64,000 bases of DNA from a virus (lineage: Duplodnaviria; Caudoviricetes), in IMG/VR virus record IMGVR_UViG_3300037088_000559, positions 1,370-65,369 of that record; one strand, 5' to 3'. The position numbers and the translations under genes were made by a program. A model generated the notes under the pieces. It searched no databases. It had not been told where the DNA came from and saw only the letters and a list, made by a program, of their open reading frames with translations. Shown here piece after piece: positions 35,844-45,085 of the stretch. Position 1 is the first letter of the stretch; every line of letters starts with the position of its first letter.

Positions 35844-36590
35844 ATGCGCCGCGTCGATAAACGATTCAAGTCCAACAAAGGCAACAAGGTAACGCCCCCA
35901 ACAGCAAAGCTTCCGTCACCAAATCGCCGGTCTATTCGTGACAAGATCCGCGCGATGTTGGCCGCTAAACCTCAGCCTTTGCCGCCAACTCCCGAGGTTC
36001 CGTCAACGTCCGGGTCAAGTAAAGTGTCGGAAAAACTCGACAAGCTTCGGACAGAGCGTAACCAGCCCGGCCGTCCCGCGCGCCCCTTACGCTACGTTAC
36101 GGTCCCCGGCCCCGATGGTCCGATCCGCCTCACTTCTGAGCAGTTGGTATTCGTCAAAGCGTACACCGACCCCGCGGCGTCCACGTATATGAAGGCGAAC
36201 GAATCATATCGGCTCGCGTATCCCAACATACAGGGCAATCCGCCGGGGATCAAAGAGACTGCAAGAAAGTCCCCGAATTTATCCCGCGCGATAGAATTCG
36301 CTTTGGAGAAAGCGGGTGTTACCGATGATCTCCTCGCGACGAAGCTCCGCGAGGGGCTCGACGCGATGAAGACCGAACTCGTCACGTTCCAGGGGGCGGT
36401 TACCGATCAAGTTGATATGATCGCGTGGGACTCGCGGCATCGCTATCTCGATACGGCGCTCAAAGTTAAAGGTCACTTTCCGAAAGAGGATGTCAACGTG
36501 CAGACGGCGCTGATACTCAAGATCCCCCCGCGTACGGGCGCCGAGGAATTCGAGAAGGAGTTCGCCACAACGGTAGACGCGAAACCGTAA
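35844..36590 (+). CDS. terS: Terminase small subunit
   Basis: LTSEQLVFVKAY...ESYRLAY HTH-like segment; immediately upstream of TerL. Confidence 0.7.
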   Translation: MRRVDKRFKSNKGNKVTPPTAKLPSPNRRSIRDKIRAMLAAKPQPLPPTPEVPSTSGSSKVSEKLDKLRTERNQPGRPARPLRYVTVPGPDGPIRLTSEQLVFVKAYTDPAASTYMKANESYRLAYPNIQGNPPGIKETARKSPNLSRAIEFALEKAGVTDDLLATKLREGLDAMKTELVTFQGAVTDQVDMIAWDSRHRYLDTALKVKGHFPKEDVNVQTALILKIPPRTGAEEFEKEFATTVDAKP

Positions 36591-36595
36591 CGTTT

Positions 36596-38245
36596 ATGCC
36601 CCTTCCCACGATTCAAGAACTCGCTCGACGCGCCGAGACTCTCCGCAAGTGGGAGCCCCAGCCCGGCCCCCAGTCCGCGCTATTCAAATGCCCCGCACAA
36701 GTGATCCTCTACGGCGGGGCGGCTGGCGGGGGCAAATCGGACGGCGCGATCGTCTGGGCGGCCCAAGACTACGATAAGCCGGGATATCGCGCCGTGATCT
36801 TCCGGCGTTCCTATCCCGAGTTGAATCGCCATATTATCCCCCGCACGCGCACGTTATTCAAAGACGTCGGCCGTTACCGCGAGACCGACCACACGTGGAC
36901 GTTCCGTACCGACGGCGGCGGTGAGTCCACGCTGGAGCTGGCGTTCCTCGAATCAGCGGGCGACGTCTACAATCACCAGGGCGTTCCCAATGCCCGCTTC
37001 GCCTTCGACGAGTCCACGCGTTATCTCTCCGAGAATATGATGCGTTCGTTGCTGGCGTGGCAGCGTACCGAAGCCGAGGGTGTTAAATGTCAGATGGGTT
37101 TATTCACGAATCCCATCGGTCCGGGGTTCGCGTTTCATCACCATCTATTCATCAAGAAGCCCCATAAGGCGTTTCGTGTATACGGCGATGCAACGTGGTA
37201 CGAGGATAAGAAGCCCCTCGGCAAAACCACGTGCTTTATTCCCTCACACTTCTACGATAACCAGATCAACCTCGCGCGTAACCCCGACTACGAGGCGAAT
37301 CTCGACTCTCTCCCCGAGGCGTTGCGCCAAGCTCTTAAAATCGGCTCGTGGGAGCAAAACCTGGGGATCGCTTTGGACTTCGATCCCGATATCCATACGT
37401 GCGATCCCGTCGCGATTCCCGCGTACGCCCCGCGCTGGATGTCGATCGACTGGGGCAAGGACGATATCGCCTGCGCCCTGTGGTACGCGTATTACAACGG
37501 TCGGGTCTATATCTACCGCACCTTTAAGCGTCCGGGGCTACGGATCGTCCCCTACGCCTGGGAGTGCATGGAGCGCTCACAATCGCGCGACGACGAGGGG
37601 CTGATGAAGTGCGAGGCTATAATGTTCTGCGTTCTCTCCCACGAGTGCTTCGCCGACAAAGGGACGGAGAAGACCCAGGCGGATGACTTTATGAAGGTCT
37701 TCGGTAAGTATGATGTTCCCTTGGTCAAGTCGGATAAAGACGCGGAGGGCCGGACGATGCTGATTCGTGAGTATTTTAGAACCGTACAACTCTCGGGTGT
37801 CGAGATGCGCAAAGACTTGGACTATGGGTACTGGGTCCAGCGTTTCCAGGCGCAGGGAGACGCGGCGTTCAAGGAGTATCGTGAATGTATGAATCGCGTG
37901 ACGGACGGTCCTTTACCGAAGTGTCTGATCTTCCGTGATGACGGTTCTAACGGCAACATGTACCTAATCGATACCCTGCCGCACCTTGTTACGGACGACG
38001 AGCACGGCAAGAATAAGACCCTCGCGCCCAAGCAGGACGACCACGGGTGGGATTCGCTGGGTTACGGTTTGAGAGTCGCCCCGGTGGTCGCGTCCAGCGA
38101 TGTGAACGATGTTTACCTGAAGCTGCTCGCCGGGCGTATCCCCGAGTCTACTGGAGACGTGGCTCGTACAATGGCCCAGGCGCAGGAGATCGCGGCGGAG
38201 TTCGAGGAGTTCAAGCCCGTAGACTGGAAACGCGAGCGTTCATAG
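36596..38245 (+). CDS. terL: Terminase large subunit
   Basis: PQPGPQ, YGGAAGGGKS, FDE, TNP, SIDWG, DDHGWDSLGY. Confidence 0.95.
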   Translation: MPLPTIQELARRAETLRKWEPQPGPQSALFKCPAQVILYGGAAGGGKSDGAIVWAAQDYDKPGYRAVIFRRSYPELNRHIIPRTRTLFKDVGRYRETDHTWTFRTDGGGESTLELAFLESAGDVYNHQGVPNARFAFDESTRYLSENMMRSLLAWQRTEAEGVKCQMGLFTNPIGPGFAFHHHLFIKKPHKAFRVYGDATWYEDKKPLGKTTCFIPSHFYDNQINLARNPDYEANLDSLPEALRQALKIGSWEQNLGIALDFDPDIHTCDPVAIPAYAPRWMSIDWGKDDIACALWYAYYNGRVYIYRTFKRPGLRIVPYAWECMERSQSRDDEGLMKCEAIMFCVLSHECFADKGTEKTQADDFMKVFGKYDVPLVKSDKDAEGRTMLIREYFRTVQLSGVEMRKDLDYGYWVQRFQAQGDAAFKEYRECMNRVTDGPLPKCLIFRDDGSNGNMYLIDTLPHLVTDDEHGKNKTLAPKQDDHGWDSLGYGLRVAPVVASSDVNDVYLKLLAGRIPESTGDVARTMAQAQEIAAEFEEFKPVDWKRERS

Positions 38246-38316
38246 TTGGAATACTCCGCGTGAACGGCGTCCGAAAATGTACGTAGCTTTTTCCCCACGC
38301 TAAAGGAGGCGCGCTG

Positions 38317-38688
38317 GTGACTGTCTTAATCTGTGGCTCGCGTACGTGGTCTTCTTTCAAGTCGGTCCATGACAAGATTCTCGCGCTCGCTGATGAAGCG
38401 GGCGGCCTTGACGGGCTTCTTATTATTGAAGGTGAATGCCGAGGGGCCGATGCGATGGCCCGCCAGGTATGCCAGCGCGAGGAGATCGACTTTCACGCAT
38501 ATCCGGCGCGGTGGCGGCGCGAGGGTAAAAGCGCCGGGGCGCGCCGGAACAAACGTATGCTCGATCACGAACCACGCATAGAACGTATTGTCGCTTTCCA
38601 CAAGGATATCGCTTCATCGGTGGGAACGAAGGACATGATCGAACGCGCCGCGTTTCGGAATATCCCCGTTGAAATTATCGCGTCTTGA
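38317..38688 (+). CDS. YspA/SLOG family (DUF2493-like) protein
   Basis: VLICGSR, IIEGECRGAD, AGARRN..ML, GTKDMI. Confidence 0.85.
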   Translation: MTVLICGSRTWSSFKSVHDKILALADEAGGLDGLLIIEGECRGADAMARQVCQREEIDFHAYPARWRREGKSAGARRNKRMLDHEPRIERIVAFHKDIASSVGTKDMIERAAFRNIPVEIIAS

Positions 38689-38706
38689 CACAGTGCGCGG
38701 TGGTTC

Positions 38707-38856
38707 GCCCCCACCTGTCGTGGTTGCATTCCCCTCCCCCTTTACGTTACCCTTATAGTTGCATAGTGAATGCCCCTCCCACAAGTTACCGGGGTGGTGG
38801 TTTCCTCCTCCTTTTCCACCACCCCGGTTCTCATATGCGTGGGGGCCGCAGGAGGA
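38707..38856 (+). other. Structured intergenic RNA / 5' leader
   Basis: 13-bp hairpin 38788-38828 with a CCUCCUCC loop; outer 8-bp stem 38707-38714/38839-38846. Confidence 0.5.
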
Positions 38857-38865
38857 TCGTGATAT

Positions 38866-39198
38866 ATGGCGAAGAAGACAACGAATCCCGAGAACGATCA
38901 GCTCGCGATACTCGATGACGATGATGATCTTGAAAACGATCCTGATATGTGCCTCCGCCATATCGATACCCGCTCGGCGGAGAACGTTGACGGTAAGCCC
39001 GGGTTCGTGATCACCTGCCATTACCATCTCGATCCCGACAAGATCGACAAAGATACGCCGTACGATCAGACGCACAAAGACGAGGAGTACATCGCCACCA
39101 CCAAGGAGAAGGCACTCGCGTACTTTGAGGAGCAGTTGGATAAGCTGAGCGGCGAGGATTACGATAAAGACGCGATCACTGGTACGAGCCCTGCGTAA
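38866..39198 (+). CDS. Acidic hypothetical protein
   Basis: AGGAGG RBS. Confidence 0.65.
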   Translation: MAKKTTNPENDQLAILDDDDDLENDPDMCLRHIDTRSAENVDGKPGFVITCHYHLDPDKIDKDTPYDQTHKDEEYIATTKEKALAYFEEQLDKLSGEDYDKDAITGTSPA

Positions 39199-39464
39199 TG
39201 GCCTACAACAGCTTCGCCAATTCGATTCCATTCAAATGGCCGTGGTCGGCGAACGATAACCAGCCCCAGGGCCAGGACGGCCAGACGGCGGGGACAACGG
39301 CTTCGTTCCGCTTCCCTTCCAACATGGCGCAGGCGGAGGAGGAGCCCCAGGCGGCGTTTAACCAGCCCGCGCAGGGACAACGCCGCGGGCCTCGTCAATA
39401 CGCCCCGTCGTTCGGCGCATCGTCGGGTGGCGGATCACATTTCCGTAGTATGGGTGGTGGTTGA
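39198..39464 (+). CDS. Disordered small protein with FRFPSN motif
   Basis: TAATG coupling to the upstream gene. Confidence 0.6.
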   Translation: MAYNSFANSIPFKWPWSANDNQPQGQDGQTAGTTASFRFPSNMAQAEEEPQAAFNQPAQGQRRGPRQYAPSFGASSGGGSHFRSMGGG

Positions 39465-39757
39465 TGGCGGCGGAGAGAAGCGTCAACGCGTATAACCTGA
39501 TCCCCCCGCAGTCGCAGCAGACTTCCGACGCGATGTCGCCGTACGTTCTAGGGATGCAGCGCGAGGGTAACCCGTTAAGCGCTGGCTACCTCGGTTACTC
39601 AGGCGCGGGCCAGTCCCCCTTAACGTTCTCCTACGGCCCGTACGGGTTTGGATCGTACGGGTTCGATCCCGGCCAGGCTCAAATGGGCTTCTCGAATCCG
39701 ATCCCCGCGAAGACGTTCGATACGGCACGGGGAGAGATATGGCAGCCGAAACAGTAA
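39464..39757 (+). CDS. G/Y/S-rich small protein
   Basis: TGATG coupling. Confidence 0.55.
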   Translation: MAAERSVNAYNLIPPQSQQTSDAMSPYVLGMQREGNPLSAGYLGYSGAGQSPLTFSYGPYGFGSYGFDPGQAQMGFSNPIPAKTFDTARGEIWQPKQ

Positions 39758-39773
39758 ACGGAGGTTTATCGCA

Positions 39774-40106
39774 ATGGCACAGTTAGCGCTTCACATAGGG
39801 CCGCCCGCGACGACGATTATGGCGGGGACTACGGGCACAGGGGCGGGCGCATCATACGCTGTCCCGCCGTTCCCCGGCGAAGGTAGGCGCGGCACGATCG
39901 TGTGGGAGGTGATCACCGCCTGTACGGCGTTAACCGCCGTCTTGCAGGGATCGCTCGATAATAGCCGCTGGTTTCCGCTCGACTCGTATATCACGGCGGC
40001 CGGCGGGAACGCCTTACAAGTGGCCGTCAATAACCCCGTGAACTTCGTCCGGGCGAATGTAACGGCGACCGATGGCGGCGCCACGAGCGTTGCGGTACAA
40101 TTATAA
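39774..40106 (+). CDS. Small beta-rich virion protein
   Basis: LQGSLDNSRW...FVRANVT pattern typical of head-region genes; GGAGG RBS. Confidence 0.6.
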   Translation: MAQLALHIGPPATTIMAGTTGTGAGASYAVPPFPGEGRRGTIVWEVITACTALTAVLQGSLDNSRWFPLDSYITAAGGNALQVAVNNPVNFVRANVTATDGGATSVAVQL

Positions 40107-40115
40107 CGTACGGCG

Positions 40116-40140
40116 AATCCCCCGATAAAGGGGGTTTTGT
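40116..40140 (+). terminator. Possible intrinsic terminator
   Basis: ATCCCCC-GATAAA-GGGGGT followed by TTTGT. Confidence 0.5.
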
Positions 40141-40154
40141 AACGGAGAATATCA

Positions 40155-40343
40155 ATGCCCGCAACTTCCGTAAAGCAGCGTAGGATGATGGCGATTGCCG
40201 AGCATCACCCGGAGAAGCTCAATAAGGAGAATCGTGGCGTTTTGTCAATGTCGCACGGGCAGCTTCACGATTTCGCTTCCACCTCGGAGGGTAATCTGCC
40301 GAAGGAATCCAAGGGCTTTCGTTTCCCCAGCCGGAGGAATTAA
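40155..40343 (+). CDS. DUF3008-like small protein ending FRFPSRRN
   Basis: MPATSVKQRRMM...LHDFAST. Confidence 0.65.
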   Translation: MPATSVKQRRMMAIAEHHPEKLNKENRGVLSMSHGQLHDFASTSEGNLPKESKGFRFPSRRN

Positions 40344-40553
40344 ATGGCGATGAGTTTACGTTCCAAGGGCAAGGCGTCGGGCGCGGCGGGTTCGATTCTC
40401 GGCAAGATGCACGATGAATACGGGAAGAAGACGGGCCAACGCGTGTTCGCGATGCCGGAGAACGAACAGAATAAGAAGCAGCGTAAGACGCTATCGCCAA
40501 CCCCGGGCGCGGCCTCGACCTCGCACGGCTTCAAGTTTCCCTCGCGGGGCTAA
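40344..40553 (+). CDS. Small basic protein ending FKFPSRG
   Basis: Abuts the previous gene; GGAGG RBS. Confidence 0.6.
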   Translation: MAMSLRSKGKASGAAGSILGKMHDEYGKKTGQRVFAMPENEQNKKQRKTLSPTPGAASTSHGFKFPSRG

Positions 40554-40595
40554 CACGCGAGGCTGGATCGACAAATCACGTTAAGGAGCTTCACC

Positions 40596-41717
40596 ATGTC
40601 TAAAGTCAAGCGTTTCGTTCTGGCCTTGGTTGCGGCGGCCCTGTTCGCGGGGGCGTCGTTCGGCCAAGACCCTTCCAAGTTGTACAGTGTCAGCACGTAT
40701 CACGGGCCGTTCAGTCCTAGTTACGGCTATACCGCCTTACAGTATCTGGGGCCGTTCTTCGAGATGCCATTCGTGCTTCAGCCGACTGATGCGAACGCAC
40801 CCACGGCAGGAGGCACGGCGGCGCTATCCGTCTCCTACACCTCGGGTAAGATCTTCGTTGGTGGGACAGCGGTGTACGTTACCGCTGGCACGCTCGGCTC
40901 GCTTACCGCCTCCGCCACAAGCTGCTCCGCTCCGACGTTCTCAAGCTGCGATATCGTCTACGCCAATAGTTCGGGAACCGTCGCCTTCACCCAGACGTTC
41001 GCTACGGCCTTGGGGAGCGCAAATTCGATCCTCGCGTTCGTAACGACCAGCGGCACAACGGTCACGGGCGTAACCTATCCCTACGAGGATACGACTCGTT
41101 ACAGTCAAACCGCTGGACCTACCGCGATCACCGGATCACTCACGGTATCGACGACTCTCGGCGTTACGGGGGCGTCAACCTTGACGGGAAACACCTCCGT
41201 CGGAGGGACGCTCGGCGTTACGGGGGCGGCAACGCTGAATAGTACGCTCGATCAAAAAGGCGCAGCGACCTTTGAGAGTACGGTCGTGGGAGAGTTGCAG
41301 CCGGCGGTCGCCGTGGGAGCAACCTTATCCCCAACCTGCGCGCAATCTGGTTCGTTGATTCTCGTCGGAGCGGCCTCGGGTGAAGTCGTGACTCTTCCGG
41401 CTGCTGGCGCGGGAACCGTTGGTTGCTGGTTCGATTTCGTTATCACCGTTTCCAATACTTCCGCTGCCAACGAAATCGCGACCACCGGCTCCAATTACTT
41501 ACTGGGTTCCGTCGCGCATTCCGCTACGGGTATCGCCGCATTAACTTTCTGGGCGGACGGTTCCAGCATTAAAGCGCTTAAAATGGATGGCGCGCACCTG
41601 GGCGGCCTAATTGGCAGCACGCTCCGCGTCGTCGGTATTTCCGCGACGCAATGGGCGATCTCCGGTACGAATCTCTGTACGTCGCCTTGCACCACGGGAT
41701 TCACCGCAACGCCGTAA
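40596..41717 (+). CDS. Putative head fibre/decoration protein with signal peptide
   Basis: MSKVKRFVLALVAAALFAGASFG-QD; TLGVTGA repeats; VTLPAA..G..F.F C-terminal domain. Confidence 0.65.
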   Translation: MSKVKRFVLALVAAALFAGASFGQDPSKLYSVSTYHGPFSPSYGYTALQYLGPFFEMPFVLQPTDANAPTAGGTAALSVSYTSGKIFVGGTAVYVTAGTLGSLTASATSCSAPTFSSCDIVYANSSGTVAFTQTFATALGSANSILAFVTTSGTTVTGVTYPYEDTTRYSQTAGPTAITGSLTVSTTLGVTGASTLTGNTSVGGTLGVTGAATLNSTLDQKGAATFESTVVGELQPAVAVGATLSPTCAQSGSLILVGAASGEVVTLPAAGAGTVGCWFDFVITVSNTSAANEIATTGSNYLLGSVAHSATGIAALTFWADGSSIKALKMDGAHLGGLIGSTLRVVGISATQWAISGTNLCTSPCTTGFTATP

Positions 41718-41744
41718 GCGTGGTAACAGAGAGAGGTTCGTGCT

Positions 41745-41930
41745 ATGGTAACGCTCCTTCCGGCGTCGAGGGCGAGCGAGGATGATAAGGGTAGCAGCGC
41801 CAAGCCTGCCCGCCATATCCGTTTCGCCCTCGATGCGCCCCAAGACGCGAAAAAGGTCAAGGTAAAGGCGAAGTTTACGTTTCCCTCACGGAAAAAGGCG
41901 GATAACGATGAGCGCATGGGCGGCGGTTAA
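41745..41930 (+). CDS. Small basic protein with FTFPSR motif
   Basis: GAGG RBS; 61 aa. Confidence 0.5.
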   Translation: MVTLLPASRASEDDKGSSAKPARHIRFALDAPQDAKKVKVKAKFTFPSRKKADNDERMGGG

Positions 41931-42246
41931 GCGTATCCTCTATCGGCTCGTTCCTCTTTTGGCGTACGTTGATCGCTTGGAGGACGAGGTTGCAGCGTTA
42001 AAATCCCAACGCGATACGTTGCAGGGGTACGTGCTGGAAATGACGAAACGCGCCTACTTCCCCGATTCGTCTCCTCTCTCCCCCGCGGAACCTGCGTCGA
42101 TCCCAACCGACGATCTACGCACCTACGTCGAGCGGCGCGAACGCCAAACTTTGAACGCCCACCTTAAAGGGCTGGGTTTCGCCGACCTCGCCGAGTACGA
42201 GCGCTCGTTAACCGAGGAGCCTGCGCCTACTGAGGGAGCCCGTTAA
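41908..42246 (+). CDS. Hypothetical coiled-coil protein
   Basis: TAATG-coupled to the portal gene. Confidence 0.6.
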   Translation: MSAWAAVKRILYRLVPLLAYVDRLEDEVAALKSQRDTLQGYVLEMTKRAYFPDSSPLSPAEPASIPTDDLRTYVERRERQTLNAHLKGLGFADLAEYERSLTEEPAPTEGAR

Positions 42247-44666
42247 TGGCAACCGCGATCATGGCCCGCCCGTCCGATAACAGCGCCGTAGCCGCGTCTT
42301 CCCCTCCCCAGCCCCAGCGTACAGAAGACGATATCATCAACGAAGGTCTCGATGGGCCCGACGGTCAAGACGAGCTGATGCCCGGCGTAACCAAGGATTT
42401 AGAGGACGCCTTAATCTCGATTATCGTGGACGAGTACGAGCGTGAGTCGTACCCAACGTGGCGTTTCCAGAACCGCGACGTGATGCAGGCGGAGGCTTTC
42501 TGGAAGGATCTCCAGTATAACTTTTACGATTGGGAGACCGATACCTACCGAATCCCCTCGTTAAAGGACGTGACTCATGGAGCCGACGATGGAGAGAAGA
42601 CCAAGTACGTTACTAACCTCTATCGCGCGCTGGGCTGGACCGTCATTAGTATCCTGGGCCAGCGCGTCCCGTCTACTATCTTCCTACCCGTCGATTACAC
42701 GAAGTCCGTTGACGTTCTTGCAGCAGCGGCGGCCTCAGACGTTGCCCCGATCATCGAGCGCAACAACCGCGTAAGTCTCCAGCATATCAAAGCGTGCTAT
42801 TACCTGTTTACGGGGGGACTCTTCGGAGGGTACGTCCGCTGGGTCGCCGATCCTGAGAAGTTCGGATATGAAGCGAACGATGAGGTTGGGCTCGCGAGCT
42901 TCGTACGCTGCCCCAACTGCGGCGAGATGACTCCGCTGGAGAAGGCTCAGCAGGCACAGATGTGTGATTCTTGCGGGCAGCCTCTACCCCCCGATGCCCA
43001 GACGCAGACGATCCAAGTGCCGCGGATCACAGGGGCGCGCAAAACGGCGAAGGGACAGGAAACGATCACGTTGCACGGCCAGCTTGAGCTGCGCCTGCCG
43101 CCGTGGGTGCAGGAGACGGGTGATTGTCCCTATATCGGGCTGGTGAATGAGGTTCATGTCTCCAAGTTACGCCAGCTTTATGGGAAGCGCGCGGAGAAGG
43201 TCCAAGGTGGGTACGGGACGTCGGGAGCGTACGATATCGATGATCGATTCTACCGTTTATCGCTACTCGAACCGTCGATTATCTACAACTCCTTCGCCAA
43301 CACGAACCTCGTAACATTCAAGCGCTACTGGATCGAACCGTCGAGTTTCTATCTTCTACCCGACGACGATAAAAACGGCGCGACGGACGAAAACGGCGAA
43401 CCCGTACGGTCCAAGCGCCAACGTTTACTCGATCTCTTCCCCGACGGCGCATATGTCGCGTTCGTCGGCGGCCAGAATATCATCCTCGATCTGAAGAACG
43501 AATCGAAGCGCGAGCACTGGGATATCTGCCGGGGGATGGAGGGGCATGGGATGTTCACACCTGCCCTCGGCCGTTCCGCCGTGTCGATTCAGAAGCGTCT
43601 CAATGAGTTGATGAATTTCGTCATGGAATGGATCGAGTATAGCGCGGCCGGCGCAGGGACGTTCGTGAACGTCGGGCTGATGAACGTCAACGCTTTAACG
43701 AAGCAGCGTAAGGCGCCGGGTAGGATATACCCCATACGCCTGCCAGGAGGCCAATCACTTGCCAACGCCGTCTACGAGTCCAAGCCCCCGTCGATGGCAG
43801 GAGAAGTGTTTAAGCATATCGACGATCTCACAAGCTTCGGCCAGCAAGTTACCGGAGCAGTTCCCACCGTTTCCGGTGGCACCGATATGTCTCTCAAACC
43901 TACCACGTATCTTGCAGATCGTGAACAAGCTTTGGGAAAGTTGTTCGTCCCCTGGCAGCATCTCCGCGAATTCTGGGCGCGGATGCAATATCTCGCGGTG
44001 AAGTGCTTCGCTGATAACCGCACCGACGATGAGAAGTATAGCTTACCGTCGGCTGATGGCGGCCAGATCCAGGGTGTCGTAAGACTCAGTGATCTATCGG
44101 GGGAATTTACCGCTTATCCCGAGGTCAACGATACGTTCCCACGTTTGTGGCACGATCAACAGGCACAATTTAAGGAGTTGATGAATAGCCAGGATCCGGT
44201 CGTACAGGCGTGGCTCGGCGATGCGGCGAATACGGGATATATCAAGTCGATGCTGGGCTCGCCGCAAATCTTTATCCCCGGCGCCGATGACGTGAAGAAG
44301 CAGAAGCTCGAAACGTCGCAGATGTTGATGGGTCAGCCCGCGATGTCAACCGACCCCGCCACGGGCCAGCAGCAGGTGATTCCGTCGGTGATACCCGATG
44401 AGTACGAGGATAGCCATCAGGAACATGAGCAGGAGGTTAAGCGCTGGGCGGTATCGAACGAGGGTACACGCGCCAAACGTGAGCAGCCGATGGGGTATAT
44501 GAATGTGATCGCCCACGGTAAGATGCACCACGAGATGGGTCTGATGCAGGCGGTTAAGGATCAGGCGACGGTTCAGTCGGCGCAGATGGCGATGGGCGGA
44601 GGGATGCCACAGCCGGGACAACCGGGGCAAGCGGGGCCGCCGCAAGCCGCCGGGCCGCCTAAATAA
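42246..44666 (+). CDS. Portal protein (P22-like) with zinc-ribbon insertion
   Basis: 806 aa between terminase and scaffold; Y.TN.YR, SIQKRLNE, GQQVTGA, Q/P/G-rich tail. Confidence 0.85.
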   Translation: MATAIMARPSDNSAVAASSPPQPQRTEDDIINEGLDGPDGQDELMPGVTKDLEDALISIIVDEYERESYPTWRFQNRDVMQAEAFWKDLQYNFYDWETDTYRIPSLKDVTHGADDGEKTKYVTNLYRALGWTVISILGQRVPSTIFLPVDYTKSVDVLAAAAASDVAPIIERNNRVSLQHIKACYYLFTGGLFGGYVRWVADPEKFGYEANDEVGLASFVRCPNCGEMTPLEKAQQAQMCDSCGQPLPPDAQTQTIQVPRITGARKTAKGQETITLHGQLELRLPPWVQETGDCPYIGLVNEVHVSKLRQLYGKRAEKVQGGYGTSGAYDIDDRFYRLSLLEPSIIYNSFANTNLVTFKRYWIEPSSFYLLPDDDKNGATDENGEPVRSKRQRLLDLFPDGAYVAFVGGQNIILDLKNESKREHWDICRGMEGHGMFTPALGRSAVSIQKRLNELMNFVMEWIEYSAAGAGTFVNVGLMNVNALTKQRKAPGRIYPIRLPGGQSLANAVYESKPPSMAGEVFKHIDDLTSFGQQVTGAVPTVSGGTDMSLKPTTYLADREQALGKLFVPWQHLREFWARMQYLAVKCFADNRTDDEKYSLPSADGGQIQGVVRLSDLSGEFTAYPEVNDTFPRLWHDQQAQFKELMNSQDPVVQAWLGDAANTGYIKSMLGSPQIFIPGADDVKKQKLETSQMLMGQPAMSTDPATGQQQVIPSVIPDEYEDSHQEHEQEVKRWAVSNEGTRAKREQPMGYMNVIAHGKMHHEMGLMQAVKDQATVQSAQMAMGGGMPQPGQPGQAGPPQAAGPPK

Positions 44667-44711
44667 GTTCGCAGGAAGCAGCAACGTTGTTGTTGTATAA
44701 ATCAAAAGGAG

Positions 44712-44996
44712 GTGCCTATGGCACAGGTGACGGAACAGGAGTTGGAACAAGCGAAGCGCGACGGCGCACAGAGAGAAGCGCGTTTGCAACAGGCGCGTGA
44801 GTATGGTGCGAGCCAAATTACGTATATTATGAACGAAAAAGCGCAACTTTACGCGCGTATCGCTGAACTCGATAAGCAACAGAACGAATTGCTTGGGGAT
44901 TTTGGTGGTTTGCAAACTGGGAAACTTGAAGCGCAGAAGGCCTGGCAAGCGCAGACACGCCCTGATCATCTTCCCTGCCCGATGTGCGGCCGGTAA
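44712..44996 (+). CDS. Coiled-coil protein with C-terminal CxxC
   Basis: AAGGAGG RBS; CPMCGR. Confidence 0.6.
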   Translation: MPMAQVTEQELEQAKRDGAQREARLQQAREYGASQITYIMNEKAQLYARIAELDKQQNELLGDFGGLQTGKLEAQKAWQAQTRPDHLPCPMCGR

Positions 44997-45085
44997 GAAA
45001 AAATAGGTTGGTTTTTCCAAATCGTCTTCCCGTAACAGTCGCGAGGAAGCGGCACGTACTCCAGGACTGCAAGGAGTAACATATT

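Noticed and set aside
41158-41230. 18-bp direct repeat CTCGGCGTTACGGGGGCG
   Set aside because: It encodes the ordinary TLGVTGA fibre repeat.
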